Origin: Octopus vulgaris
Taxonomy: Eukaryota
Length of the DNA stretch: 64,000 nt
Direction: 5' to 3'
Assembly: GCA_951406725.2 (NCBI GenBank)
Contig: OX597814.1
Span: 223,448,001 to 223,512,000 of the forward strand
The notes beneath the pieces were generated by a model. The model had not been told where the DNA came from, made no database searches, and was given only the letters and a program-made list of their open reading frames with translations. How positions within the stretch are numbered: the first letter of the stretch is position 1; each line of letters begins with the position of its first letter. The position numbers and the translations under genes are program-made. Shown piece after piece: positions 12,827 through 27,940 of the stretch.

Positions 12827-13050
12827 GTCTGTCTGTCTATCTATCAGTCTGTCTGTCTGTCTGTCTATCTGTCTGTCTGTCTGTATGTCTGCTATATATA
12901 TCTATTTATCTATCTTTCCATAGATAGATAGATAGACAGACAGACAGATAGATAAATAAATAATGGTCAATATCCAAAGAACTTTGGTTATGCACCTTTG
13001 TTTTGAATATGTAACGAGCGAAACACACACATTCGCACATACGCATACAC
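12653..13050. repeat. Fold-back inverted repeat, ~90-bp arms around inverted (CTAT)n/(ATAG)n arrays
   Basis: 12653-12744 is the reverse complement of 12960-13050 with a few mismatches (e.g. TTTCGCTCGTTACATATTCAAA / TTTGAATATGTAACGAGCGAAA). Confidence 0.9.
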
Positions 13051-13882
13051 TCTAACGCACACACACGCATATCATATGTATAAATACATTTACTTCTATA
13101 ACTACAGTCATATGCACATACATTTATATAAGAGGTTTTGTGTTTACGCTGATGTATGCTTGTGTATAATTGTGTACATTCTTATTGAGTGCGTACATAT
13201 GGGTCTTTGAAGCCGAGAAGACTAGAGTGCTTCAGATAAAAGCTATTTTATGTACTTAACGTTGTATTAATAGCTCATCACTTGATGGATTATTGCTTTA
13301 TTTCGTTTTTCTGCTTTTAGTATTTAAAAGAAATAAAGCTACTTGCCTTGTGTAACCATCCATGAAAAGGTTTGCATTTATATTTCTGTAGAAATGTCTT
13401 ACCTTTCCTTATGCTTTTATATAAGTGCATTTATAAACATCTAGAGAGATATGCTGCACGTATGCCTATGCTTCGGTTTGCAATTGTGTTTGCATCTAAG
13501 CATGTGTAATAGGAATGTAGTAGATGCGTACGTGAGTGTGTGTGTGTGTGTATGTGTGTGTGTGTGCGTGTGTGAGTGTATGTGTGTATGTAAATGTGTA
13601 AGTGTGGACATAATGGTTATCTGCGTATGAATGGATTGGTGAATATGTATATGAAAGTTTGGAGGCTTACATGGATGTCGCATAATCAAACCCACCTAAC
13701 ACACACACATACATACACACATAAAAACACGCATGCGCACACACACAGACGCATACACACTCACACACATGCAGCTAGAGTACACAAGTAACACACGTGC
13801 ATAGACAAACACGTTGATGCAAATAGATATATACATAGATAGATAGACAGACAGACAGACAGACCGACAGAGAGACAGACAC

Positions 13883-13958
<76 letters not shown>

Positions 13959-14176
13959 GATTACCATTATAGATGCATGTGTGTATGTATGTGTGTATGT
14001 ATCTTCTCTTCCTATCGTTAAAAATGCGTACAACAAAATCCATAATACTGTATGTATATGTATGTGTGTATGTGATTATATATATATATATATACAATCA
14101 CATACACATACACATGGAATATTAGGGTTTTTGTACGTATTTTTAAGGAGAGGAAGACAATTGAGAATGTTAGAGT

Positions 14177-14392
<216 letters not shown>

Positions 14393-14750
14393 TTGGTTGT
14401 TATAGAATTTCTTCTAGAGATTTGACCTTTTTCTGAAGATTTTTAATGCTCGACTTTTGTGGAGAAATGTCAAACTATACATCGCAGTCTTTTCATTCCT
14501 TGCATTGACGATTTTTTCAGAACGGATCTCTAATACACGAACGTCTGGATTTAATTGTTTATTTTGATAATAATACTCAGCAGAGCATTGAAGTTAGTAA
14601 ATGTCATTGTCAGGTACTATACGTATAGAGAGCTGGGACCTAAGTATCGCGATTGTAAAGGCACACAAGCACACTCATGCATATGTAACTATTCCACACA
14701 GTCACATATGAAATGTATATGTGTCTGAGTGTGTGTGTAAGCATATATAC

Positions 14751-14818
<68 letters not shown>

Positions 14819-14829
14819 TGTATGTATAT

Positions 14830-14879
<50 letters not shown>

Positions 14880-17800
14880 TCATGTACATGCATATTTATG
14901 TATACATGTGTGTACGTACATGTATAAACATATTTCTGCACATCTTTATTTTATATATATATATATATAATATATGTGTGTGTGTATACATATATGTACT
15001 TCCTCATGTACTTATGTCTCTCTCTCTCTATATATATATGTATATAAATGTATATATGTGTGTGTGTACATATATATGTATGTATGTATACGTTTGTGTA
15101 TATATATTCTGACAAACATTTCCTTATAATATTATATGTGTGTTTGTGCTTCAGTGTGCGCGTGCGTTTCAGCATTTACATTATCTCTGTGTGTTGATGT
15201 GCGTGCAATATACGCAAGCGGAATCAGAAGTGAGCCATTCAGTAACTCTTTTAATTCTAATGAGACGTATAAACATGTAGTTAAACATGTGCGCTCAAGA
15301 TTGCGCTTGCTTCTGTCTGTGCATGCGTGCGCATTTGTGTACGAGTGTATATGCATTCTGTGCGTATGAATATTTATGAATACCTTGATGTTATGATATC
15401 ATTTTATGTTTTCCTTGAAGAAAGAGCATTCTTACTGACTATATATATTTTTTCCCCTGCATATTTAATTCACGTTAGTTGCCTATTGTTTTCTTACTAA
15501 TGGCGTCCTTGCAATATTTAATATCTAAAGTATTGCATTTTTTTACCTTGACAAATGTATTATCTGCTATATTTAGTTACTGAATCTAGTGAATTCGATA
15601 AATGCGCGGAAGAATATACTTCAGAAGAAAAGTCTAATACAGGAGTCCCTTACTGCCAGAAAGATAGATGAATACCTTTTGTTTCGACGTTCTCCTTTTC
15701 TTAAGAAGTATGTATTTGTAGTCGCATTTTATAGCTACGTACATTAAATAGATTAACTATTACTTAACTCTTATAATACAGCCTAATACAGTAGTGAATG
15801 GCGTCTCTGACGTTTATACCTGCCATGTTGAGGGTATTATGAACATGCAGAAAGAAATGAAATATGTGCAATGAACAATCATTGTAATCACCTCGGATTT
15901 TTTCTCGTTCCTGTAAGAGAAGTTTTTAAAACCTGCATCGAATTTCTATGATTATATCGTAGACTATAACCAACTATAGATATTCATACTTTAAACGCGG
16001 TGTTCATTTTTTGTTGTATATTTGTGTTTCTTGTTGTTCTTTTGTTGTTGTCTTGTACCAAAGGAACTCTCATCGACCGGTCTTGTGCAAAAGAATTTCG
16101 GATGAGACACTCCGTTTTTATTTTTCCAAAAACTTAATGTATCAGAGACTACATTATCCAATATGTCTGGTTTTTGAAATGTGATTGTTGTAGCAATTCA
16201 CAACTACAGGCATTAAATAATTTTCTTATTTAATGCAGTAATGAATAGCCTCTTTATATAGCAGTTCGAATAGATTGTAGATTGTTGCAGGTTGGCTCGC
16301 TAATACATAACTGCATGCTTTTTTTTCTTCTGTGCAGGTTTCTTCATCTTTAAATGTCGTCGATCTGTGCATGTTGTTCACAATAGCGTCATCTTCATAA
16401 ACAACTGAGGCAAATCATAAGTGTCGAGCAGCTTGCATTCTCCGTTATTAAGAACTCATTTTTGCTTGGAGCCGATTATTCAACTGCAATGAAGTAAGAG
16501 AAAAGGAAGGATTACTACAGAGGAATTGAAACTCTTTCTCAATAGTTGTCATTTAAATTGCACCAATGACTGCAGTTTCAACGACATATCTCGGTTAATA
16601 AGAGACGTCGAGCTTACTTTTCCACTATATTTGGTATAACCCTCTTATCAATGTTCCTATAATTTTCAGCGTCCCTTTTGTTTTTATATAAGATGCTTAT
16701 AGGACAATAACTTCAGTGAGTATTCCTCTTCTATTTAGTTTAAAAACAGTAACTACCAGAAAATATTAAATTTCTCTAAAGTCTGTATTCGTTGCCTCAT
16801 CTTTCTAATATCGAGTTGAGATAGGTAGGGTTTTTGGTTCTTTGAAATTTATTACCAAAATATCAAAAATGGATTGCTCTAACAAGGATCGTCTTGAAAA
16901 TCATCTCAATTTAATTCTACTGACTAACAAAATATGCTAGACTTTACCTGCTACAATACCGTAGAGAACCGTGTTCATGCGTGACACTTATTCACTTCTA
17001 GTTCATTGACTGTTTACGAACTTTGAAACATTCAGTTGCCAACTAACCTGGCATGCCCAGATATTGTCAGTTGTATTCCCAGTTTTCTACCGATATTTGT
17101 TCTTTGTAAACAACTTTAAAGAAGCTGTTTTCTCAAACTGTCCCTTGAGAATTCAGAAGAGAAATGATATTCATCAATATTCGATGTTGAAATATTCAAA
17201 TTTCAAATAACAATACAGATGTTACTTCCGTTGGCTGCCGATGATGACGATAATGTTGAAGCGGATAATGAGGAACAGAAGGAGGAGAAGGACAATGATG
17301 ATGGTTTGGAAGAAGAGAAGGGGAATGATGTTCGCTTAATTAAGTTTGGTTTCCATTCTCTAAATTTTAGACGACTACAAACTTTTGAATTTCTCGTAAA
17401 ATCATCACGTATCACTAATGTTTTAAATTACTAATTGCTGGAATAAAAACAAGATATTTCACCGGCAAATATGAACACAAAAATATGAAGTGCTTTGTCG
17501 TTTCTTTATTATTATTATTATTAATATTATTATTATTATTATTATTAATATTATTATTATTAGTATTAGTATTATTAATAGTTGTATTAATATTATGATG
17601 ATGATGATGATGATCATCATCATCATCATCATCATCATCAATACTTTATTGAGCTGTAAATTTTTATACATTGCGTGACTCTAAAACGTTTTCATTCCAA
17701 AAATTATTATTTTTTATGTTTTAGTTGTTTTTGTACCTGTTGTTATCACTGGTAGTGTCGTGGCTGTTGTTCATGTTGTTCTTGTTGAGGTATTTTTGCT

Positions 17801-18232
17801 GTTTATCGTCAGGTGAATTCTGATATAAACCAAACTTATGATCAAAAGACTCCCAGACATGAATATTGTGTTTTATATATTTCTTCCAGCCGCAAGATAT
17901 CGTGGCCTATATATCCTGGTATGTCCAACCATTTTTCAGATTGTAATCTATGATTTGACAAGAAGTTGGCTGCTCGATCAGGTCTTACCTGGGGTTAAAC
18001 AAAAGTAACAAAAAGAACGGCAACAAATGCAGAAAGTTAAAACTGATTAAGAATATTTTGGGCTACGATGCTGAGTTGACTTCCATTAGTCGTAACAGTA
18101 ATCAGTGGGGCCACATGTGTTACCATAAGTATGTATGTATATATATATATATACATATATATACATACCATGTGTATACATATATATATACATATATATA
18201 CATACCACATGTATACATATATATATATAAAT

Positions 18233-18278
<46 letters not shown>

Positions 18279-18377
18279 CATACCATATATATACATACAT
18301 GGATATCTGTATGCATACTCACACAGACGCACATACGAACACAGACATGCATACATGCGCCCACACATACACACACA

Positions 18378-18416
<39 letters not shown>

Positions 18417-19149
18417 CGAGAGAAAAGACCATGGTCCTGTACTTGGCATTCCTTCATTTCGTCAGTTACAAATATTTCAGTAATCGGCATCAGATGATGT
18501 CATGCAACGAATACGATACTTAAAGACACCTCATAAGTGCACCTTGCATAAGTAATCCGAACGCTTTTTCTATATCCGTCATCAATCTCCACTGCTCCCC
18601 AAGCGATCACACAACTGTAGTTTAATGTGATGAAGATAAAAAGCCGAAACGTGACCGGTAAAATTTTTATGCGAGTTTCCATAGACGTTGATGTCAGCTG
18701 GATGCGTTGCGGTATTTGTACTGACACCCTTGAATTTGTGTTCAAATTCTACTGATGTCTGTTTCTGTGTCTTTCATTTCTGCGGAATCGGTAAGCAAAG
18801 TTCCAACCCAGCCAGTAGTTCAACGGAATAATTAGAATGTCTTACAATATTTGTTCTTGCTCTTCGTGTCCTGAAGATAATATTTGCGCGGGCATTGGAG
18901 CGAAGGTGTATTGCCTTTGCGTCTCACACACTCTCGTCTCCTCTCTTTCTCTGTTTCTCTGTTTCTCTGTTTCTCTCGCTCGCACGCTCACTTAAAAATC
19001 TTCGGTGATATGTTAAGCGGAAACCTGAATGCGAAACCAATTAAATGAGCGTTATAAATATATATATATATTCACACACACCTTAGTTTGTTTGTCTGTT
19101 TGACTGTTTACTTGATTATTCATATCATCTATGTCGTGGGTGGGATGTG

Positions 19150-19655
19150 TGTGTGCGCGCGTGCTCTTCGTGCGATGGCAGTGTTGTGGGTGATTGGATG
19201 AGCTTGCGCACAATAATCTTACTGTTCGGAATTCGCCTCTTGTTAAACTGCATCCCTGGAGCCCTGGTACGATCTTGAGGTGTGTGGAGCCACATCTTAG
19301 CCACTATTGTTCCTAGGTCTAATCTGACTAGAAGTAGTACCACTTCTTAGGTCCCAGAAATGAGTTAACTAGCATGTGATCCCATGGGAGTGAAAGAGCC
19401 CTAGTTCTCTTTAGAAAGGTATACTCATGTGAAAAAACTGAAGCGCAGCTGGTTTCTGGTTGTCTCAACCTTGGTTTTGCCACTAGATTTATAGCTGATG
19501 GCACTGAAAAGCAGGTCCTGTAATTTGCAAAACTTCATCCGCTCAAAGAAAATGCACACCGAAGAGCCTCTTGAATTTTCGGAATGTCTGAACTATTGTG
19601 TTTAAGCCTGGCCTATTGTGCTCAAGAACTTGTGTTACTAGGTCACGGGTAGACT
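19150..19655 (-). mobile_element. Highly decayed CRE-like remnant
   Basis: One minus frame reads HLKIVPGLQGCSLTRGEFRTVRLL, resembling the CRE WL..LP...G..L...EFR motif. 19390-19655 weakly resembles 2430-2755. Confidence 0.3.
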
Positions 19656-19804
19656 TCCACTATGTATGCATGTATGTATGTATGTTTGTATGTATGTATG
19701 TATGTATGCATGTATGTATGTATGTATGTGTATATTTATGCATGCATGCTTGTATGTATGTATGCATGCTTGTATTTATGTATTTATATATGTATGCATG
19801 TATG

Positions 19805-19843
<39 letters not shown>

Positions 19844-19999
19844 CTGTGTGTGTGCTGCATGCTAACGTATTTACGTATGTATATATGTATGTATATATGC
19901 ATGCATGTATGTACGTATGCATGTATGCATGCATGCATATATGAGTATGTATGTGTGTGTGCGTGCGTGTGTACGTATATATGTATATGTATATGTATA

Positions 20000-20760
20000 T
20001 CATTATTTAATTTCATTTCAAGATTTCTTGCCAATAGAGAAATAACCGGTTTCTAACCCAGATCGAAGGCCCCTTCATTGGACTTTCAACACCAAGAGGA
20101 TATTTTTGAATGAATGTATGTATATGTGCAGTATTTGGGGTCACTGTATGTGCAGATGTGTACGTTTTGTTTTATGTATGTATATCTGTATGTATGTATG
20201 TATGTATGTATGTATATACGTATGTATGTATGCTCATGCATATCTAGACCTACGCAGATATACTTACGAGAAATGATAGATTTCTTGAAAGTTTTACAGA
20301 CTTTTTCGGTCTCAGTACTGGTCTGGATCAGTAGTTTTCTAACCAGCTTTCTCCTTTCTGATTTTGAGAAGCCTAGTTTCTCAAGATAACTAATAGTTAG
20401 GCAGTGTGTTATATATCTCAGTGTGCCAATAATTACAGGTATAATCTGAACTTTTAACAGAGGTAGGGTAACACTAGAATTTTCAATAGTTCAGTACAGG
20501 TGTTTTCTTTTTCGCTGAACTTTAGTTTTATGTTAACATCCGCTGGGCAGTTAATTCCCATCCCAGATCACTATGTGTGTCATTATTCAGTTTATTTCTA
20601 GATTTCTTACCAATAGAGAAAGAACCAGTTTCCTTCATTGGAATTTCAACATCAACAACAGGGTATTTTTCTTTGTATGTATGTACGTATGTATGTATTA
20701 TGCATGTGCAGAATTTTATGTTTTATGCATTCTTATGCGTATAGTTACATACCTAGACGT
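20000..20760 (-). mobile_element. Two adjacent 3' fragments of the R4/Dong-like family
   Basis: 20270-20560 aligns with 3113-3380 (TTTATGTTAACATCCGCTGGGCAG, GAGAAGCCTA.TTCTCAAGAT). 20000-20110 and 20580-20675 are duplicated putative 3' UTR segments embedded in (TATG)n. Confidence 0.75.
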
Positions 20761-21219
20761 ATGTATGCATGTATGTATGTATTATGTATGTATTATGTAG
20801 TATGTGTACGAAATACATTCTCATTACGGTGTAAATCATGACACAAAATCTCACTGAATGAGGACAAAATATCCATACATTTTCTACGCAGCCTAGAACT
20901 TTGTCAACATTGACTCTAAGAAGATAATTTCTTTAAGAAGCAAGTGAAATGAAATAATGCTATATCACTGATATTTAACCAGGCAAACTCGAAGGGAAGA
21001 ATGAATTTATCAATAATTAATTTCAATAAACACGCAGTACATCACCAAATTTATACAATAATTATAACGATGCAATCATTCTAAAATTTGACCTCAGTCA
21101 TATTTTGATTAAAGATTTCTCTAATTAATTTGAAAAGAAAAAAGAAAATGGATTGCTTTTAAAATGATTACTATGAAGATTCGTATTTGCATGTTTAGGT
21201 GTGAATAGATCACGTTTAC

Positions 21220-21702
<483 letters not shown>

Positions 21703-22054
21703 TTAGGGATGTAGATATATCTCTGCGTATATGTATTTGTGAATGCATGTTTGTATGTTTGTGCTTGTGTGTATACACACATACATACTAATGCATGACC
21801 ATAGCTAGACGTGCTTCAGAGTAAGTCTACTACTTCCTCTTTATAGGTATCGTTGCTATTCTGCACTGTGGTTATAATTGTTTTAACTGTTGCTGTTCTT
21901 GGTTGTATTCGCAGCTATTGCTGCTGTTGTTGTTGTTCTTGGTGGGTTTCTTGCTTTTTTTTTTTTTCGTTTTTATTTTTTTGGATGCAGCAGCAGTAGT
22001 GAGGGATATTAATGTGCCTTGTTAATTAAATTCAGTAATTATCTGTCACAATCG

Positions 22055-22213
22055 AAAACAACAGCAACAATAACAAGAATACAATAAAAGCAACAACAAT
22101 GACAACAATAACACAAGAACAACAACAGCAACACCAACAACCATAACAACATCAATAATAATAATAATCATTATTATTATTTTCATTATTATTATTATTA
22201 TTATTATAATTAA

Positions 22214-22305
<92 letters not shown>

Positions 22306-23135
22306 TAGTGTAATTTTTTGTTTTGTTTTTTTTCTGGAATGAAGGTAGGAATGTTGTCATAAATCTAGTCGATATAATTTGTTTTTAGTAATCGCTGGCA
22401 AAATTTGGACATCAATCATAAGAAAATTAATTTTAATGAACCAACTTTGTCTTTGTTTTGCTTTTGTTTTTTGGGGGTTTTTTTTTCCCCTTTTCTGTTG
22501 CTTCTTGACTTCCCGAGATGTTGAAAGTAAAATAAATGCTGATGGCGCCGGTAGATGAGGTTTGAAGCGTGGCGGCGGGCGGGGGCTGATCTTAGAACTC
22601 CTGTGGCTAGTTAATGGGGAGTGTATTATTGACGGTTGCTTTTGGGAATATTAATTATGAAATAAACTGTGGCAGGTTTTAGTACTTCTTCGTAGTGGTG
22701 GTGGTGGTGGTGGTGGTGGTGATGGCGGCGGCGGCGATAGTGGTTGGGCGGTGAAAGTGGTGACGGTGGTCATGTTGGTGGTGGTTGTGGGTGATGGGTG
22801 GTGGGTGGGTAGTGTTTTGGTGCTGCTTGTGGTAGCGGTCGTAGTCGTGTTGGTGGTGGTGGTGGTGGTGGTGGTGGTCATGTTGTTGTTGTTGTTGGTG
22901 CGGTGGTGATGGTGGTGGTAGTGGTTATTGGAAGTTGATAGTCATGATGAAATGATTAACATGATCACCGTGCGGATGAAAATATCTTCAGGGAAATGAT
23001 GATGATGATGATGATGATGAAGATAACGACGATGACGATGATGACGACGACGGCCATGATGATAATGATGATGACGATGACGACGATGATGATGAGGAGG
23101 TGGAGAAGGATATTTGTGGTGGTGGTGATAGTGGT
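22055..23135. repeat. Cluster of trinucleotide microsatellites (AAC, ATT, AGT, GGT, GAT/GAC)
   Basis: Direct reading; source of the poly-L/I/T/P/H/M ORFs. Confidence 0.9.
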
Positions 23136-23282
23136 AATAAAATTCCAACTCAGTGAAGAAATTCCTACACTATTTTAATATAATTTAGCACGTATATTTT
23201 CGCGCAGAATCCTAGGCGGCGCCCAAAATTGCCTCCCAATGTCCTTTGGTGTAATGCCTATATATATATATGTATATGTATG

Positions 23283-23364
<82 letters not shown>

Positions 23365-23420
23365 CATACATACATACATACATACATAAATACATACATA
23401 CATATACATACATACATACA

Positions 23421-23452
<32 letters not shown>

Positions 23453-23509
23453 CATACATATACATACATGTATATTATTGTGTCATTGAATGGTCATTGA
23501 ATAGTTTAA

Positions 23510-24741
23510 ACTTCTAGATATTAGTAAGAAAAATAAATTCTTGCAACTAAATATAGAACGCTATAATGCGACTATCAACCCGATCGACCTTAATCAAGCC
23601 CTGATTTATAGAATGGGAAATTCCTTATCTGTCTCGACGTGAAATACATATTATACTTGTTGGGTGAGCCACTTTAGTAGATTTGGATAGTAGATTATGG
23701 TGTGGATTAGATAGGGAGAATGCTTTTGATATAGCAATGGGGTCATATGACTCCTCACAGGTCGCAGACCTAGTCGGAATATATATCCTTTCATTAATCC
23801 AGTCTTCCTCTCCGGAAATAACAGGGGGTCTATATAGGGATGATGCTTTTTTTCTAAACAGAAGTAGCAAATTAGAAAGTCATAAGAAAAATTTCTGTTG
23901 ATTAAAAAAAAAAAATTGGGACTAAACATTACTATGGGAAAGGATTATCGTAGAGTAAATTTTCTTCACGTTACCATCTGTATTGATATTGGATTATCTG
24001 AACCATTTGATAAGTCAAATGATCATATTAAGTACATAAATGTAGCATCCAACCATCCACCCTCGATAATACGGTGATTAGTTAAGAATATTTCTACAAG
24101 AATTTCTTGATTATCCGCTAATAATGAAATTTTCGAATCACATACAACTTATAATGCTGCTTTAGCTAGGGCTGGGTACCGTGAAAAAATTCAGTATATA
24201 CAAGAAGCAAGCATAAACAACACAACCCTGGTAATTCCTTCAATTGTAATACACATTGTACACTATCATAACGTCACGATTTGAGAACTCATGAGGATAG
24301 AGACTACAGGCCAGGAAGAATTGGGCAAGACAATGAACTACCAGAAAAAATCATAGACACACGTGACATAATAATCCAACTGCTTGTAACATTGTAAATT
24401 GTTCCAATCCTGTACACCACACTCGATCAAATAAGCCAAACAACACATATAGGAATCGGGATGTCCTCTGGTTCAACCCAATTTTCGGTTCGCATATTTC
24501 AATGAAGATCGCTGGAAAATTTTTTGTCGCTCTGGACAAATGTTTTCCTAAATCTATTCGATGTCATACTATTTTTAATCGGCACACCATGAAGGTACCC
24601 TACTCCAACTCTGCTAATTTAGAGCAGCTTATGCACCGCATAGACAATAGTAAAATGCAACAAAGTTCCAATAACCCACCTACTGGGTCTAGCGAACATA
24701 CGCATCTAAATACCAACAAAGGGGGAAAGAAACTGCAATGA
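23510..24741 (+). mobile_element. Penelope-like element of a second lineage (YRDD-type RT, possibly Naiad-like), pseudogene
   Basis: FDIAMGSYDSSQVADLVGIYIL...GGLYRDDAF; VNFLHVT; KYINVASNHPPSII; RNRDVLWFNPIF; HTIFNRHTMKVPYS. Many stops. Clade assignment is from memory and tentative. Confidence 0.8.
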
Positions 24742-24927
24742 AAACCACCAATTACGGCCAAATTGTGATAGTAGAAATACTTATGATACAGCTGAAACGG
24801 TACTGCTGGATGCTCCTGAACCAGTTGTTAAGTGACCCGCCCGTGAGGGATCGATGCTAGATGTGTCAAAAGAACTTTCATGATTAATAATGAATTCTCA
24901 TATATTCCATCTTCCGTCTTTCATTTA

Positions 24928-24987
<60 letters not shown>

Positions 24988-25437
24988 AGTTGATGTACAT
25001 CTACATAGATTATTCATTGAACACGTGGCGAAAATGTCAATTTACTGCACGGAAAGTTGATTGTTTAAGTAATTCCAATAACTGTTTCGTTACGAATCTT
25101 CCTGTGGCTAATTTAGATGTTAACTAGAAACTAACAGCAGATCCAAAATGAAGTACAATTCAATACAATACAATATGACTTAAGATAGTGTAATATAATA
25201 TGATATTATATATATTACATATGTATATATAAAAATAGACACATACATACACACATGCACATATAAACATACATACATAAACACACACACACACACACAC
25301 ATACAGACACACATGTATATATATATAAATACATACACACACATAGACATACATACATGTCATTGCCCTGAAAGAGTTCCTTCTATTAATTTTAATTCCA
25401 CAAGTGATCAGTTTATCTGTCTTTCTCTCCGTCTGTA

Positions 25438-25492
<55 letters not shown>

Positions 25493-25559
25493 TACACACA
25501 TATACACACACATACTTTATCTATCTACGTAGCTCTCTATCTCTCCAGAGATTTTCACG

Positions 25560-27060
25560 ATTTCTGGAAGCAGATTACAGTGTGTCCCGTTTGCAGACTG
25601 AACCATTGACTTATCGCTCCCATTCCCAATATGTAACAGGTTATAAACATCCACCTTCAAAACCTTGTGAATTCATGTACCACGTCAATGACCTACGATC
25701 TGTCAGGTCTACTACAGACTTCCTCTCCAATTTGACACACTTATAGATCCTTTATCAAAAACAACATTGTTACAAATAACGTTAGCGACATATTTTACTG
25801 TTGCTGGCTTGATAATTTATTTGTTAAACGAGAAGAACCTTCATGTAGGCAACTCATCATGCTAGAAATAATACTCAACACGTTCATAAATCACACCGTA
25901 CTGCCATAAATTAGGACATATTACTAAATGAATTCCCAGTTAAATTATTTCTAAAACTATACTAAAATTTATCAATTATTGAGCAACATTGGTGTTAAAT
26001 CTCCTCTAAGAAGAACTAGATTCCCAACAATGAATTATACTCCATCTATCATCCATTGAATCGTAACCTTCTTGTCAAATCTCACCATTGTATTGGTGCG
26101 GTGACTGGTAAGTGTGATCTACTATTTGTTTATCTTCCACACCCTTCCATATTCTTCCTCCTGTACATCAGTGACCTACTTAGTGCCACTTCTAATAACA
26201 TTTTCAGTCCAAGCTGACCTTTTACACTAATGTAACATCTACGAGCTTAATTCAAACCTACAGTAGCTTCATAAACAAACGCCTACACGCATTTCAATTC
26301 AGCAAGATTAAATATAATTTAATACATATATTTTTTTAATATATTATTGCTCACAGTCATTTTTCAAGTACCTTTGGACAGCCTACATCTATATATGAAC
26401 TTTAAGCGTTGGTATCTATTATTCATTGAATACTGGCGAAAATAGTTTCTTGCATCAAAAATAATCGATTATACTTGAAATCACATTATTTATTCATTTC
26501 CAATCTCTTTTTGCAAAATATGGATTTTAACACACAAATCAACATTAAAAGTATTTGAATATGTTTAATATAATTTATAGGTCACGCGAACGATGGAACA
26601 TAAGAGCGCCGGCTTAAATAATACGTATTCTTTAACATCCGTCCCTCAGTATTGTGGCTTCAAATCACGATTGCATTCGGATTTTTTTTTTATTTTTTGC
26701 TTTCATCAGTAATGGTCACAATTGTTGTATACTGAAGTTGATTGACACTAAAATACATCTGTCATAATACATCTAGGCATTGTCTGTCGAATTCCCAAAA
26801 TAAACTTTATCGTATAAGTTTATGCACCATATATATAATGGTCAAATCACATCATCACAGACAGTGATACTGGAACTCACTTGGGCTCCATTACACAATT
26901 AACTTTCACGTATTCTAACATCCGGTACTTTCTTTCCTCCCCTGCTTCCTCCTCCAGCAAGTACCTCAAGGACCTTGTTGTCACTTCTATGATACCATCA
27001 TTCGCCCTTTCCTAACCAACCATATGCAGTTTAGTCACCTCCGCTTAAACCACTACTCCC
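25560..27060 (+). mobile_element. Very decayed, interrupted LINE RT fragments (CR1/Jockey-like)
   Basis: Scattered peptides LRSVRSTTDFLSNLTH (~25695), IFFLLYISDLLSATSNNIFS (~26150) and WSNHII (~26840). Confidence 0.35.
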
Positions 27061-27329
27061 TCCAAAATTAAAAGAAAACTTATAAAAACGTATTTTCAAA
27101 TTTGTATATGAAATATTTTAAAGGAGCTCCTTTCCAGGCCACCACGAAAAGGGTGAGAGTTCTTTTACTATAATCCTTCTCGATGGTCTCACTAGCCTCA
27201 ATAAGGAACTTCATTCCATTCCGAGGAACTTTTAATCTCTTCTTTGTAAATAGTGTAGCATACCTTTTGTTATGCAACTGTTTTTATATTTTAATTTTAG
27301 TGAATTTTTTTTTTAAATGTAGATATGTT

Positions 27330-27690
27330 TCTTTATTAACCACACAGGGCTGAACACAGAGGGGACAAATTACAAAGTAGAGCTTTTCTTTTGGGGAGAC
27401 AAAAAAGGAAAGAAAAATAAAAAATAAAAAGGGGGTAGGTTTTCGATCAAAAGGGATTATAAAAAGTGAGAAAAAACGATCAATAGGGATCGTGTATTAC
27501 AGAAATGTCATGATGTAAAATGTAAAGGAGGAAGCAGATAAGGTTTATTCGTGGAAAGAAAAACCTACGGAAAAGACCACAGTAACCTCGGTCAATAATG
27601 TCACATGTTAACACATTTATTTGCAAGTAAGTAACTCTCTGTTTTAAATTCTTCCGGGTTCATAGGATTATGCTCAAGGTGGCTTTTTTT
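27330..27690 (-). mobile_element. 3' end/UTR of a non-LTR element sharing its terminus with SINE family B
   Basis: Minus-strand terminus TGTCCCCTCTGTGTTCAGCCCTGTGTGGTTAATAAAGAAA. The same end recurs at 63958-64000 and resembles SINE tails at 36113-36155 and 53668-53710. Confidence 0.55.
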
Positions 27691-27940
27691 TTAAACATTC
27701 GCTAATGTAGATAATTTCCTCGCAAATATTGTAAGACATCTTGATTATTCCTAATTGTAAGACATGCTGATTATTCCGCCTGTCTATCGGCTGGATTAGT
27801 ACTTCACTTTCCGATCCCGAAAAGAGGAACGGCAAAATAACAGACATCAGTAGAATTTGGACTGAAAGTGAAAAGAGTCGGTGAAAAATAAAAAATATAT
27901 ATTTATAGACAATACGGAACTAAAATTCTCATTGTAACTT

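Noticed and set aside
16338-16493. Candidate exon with good acceptor (TTTTCTTCTGTGCAG) and donor (GTAAGA)
   Set aside because: Stops occur in all three frames and no partner exon was identified. It could be non-coding but cannot be supported without RNA data.
18425-18475. CUGACGA plus ACCAUGGU palindrome on the minus strand as a hammerhead
   Set aside because: No GAAA box and no adequate stem I or stem II.
22942-23148. Poly-His/Arg ORF
   Set aside because: It is the reverse strand of GAT/GAC/GGT trinucleotide repeats.
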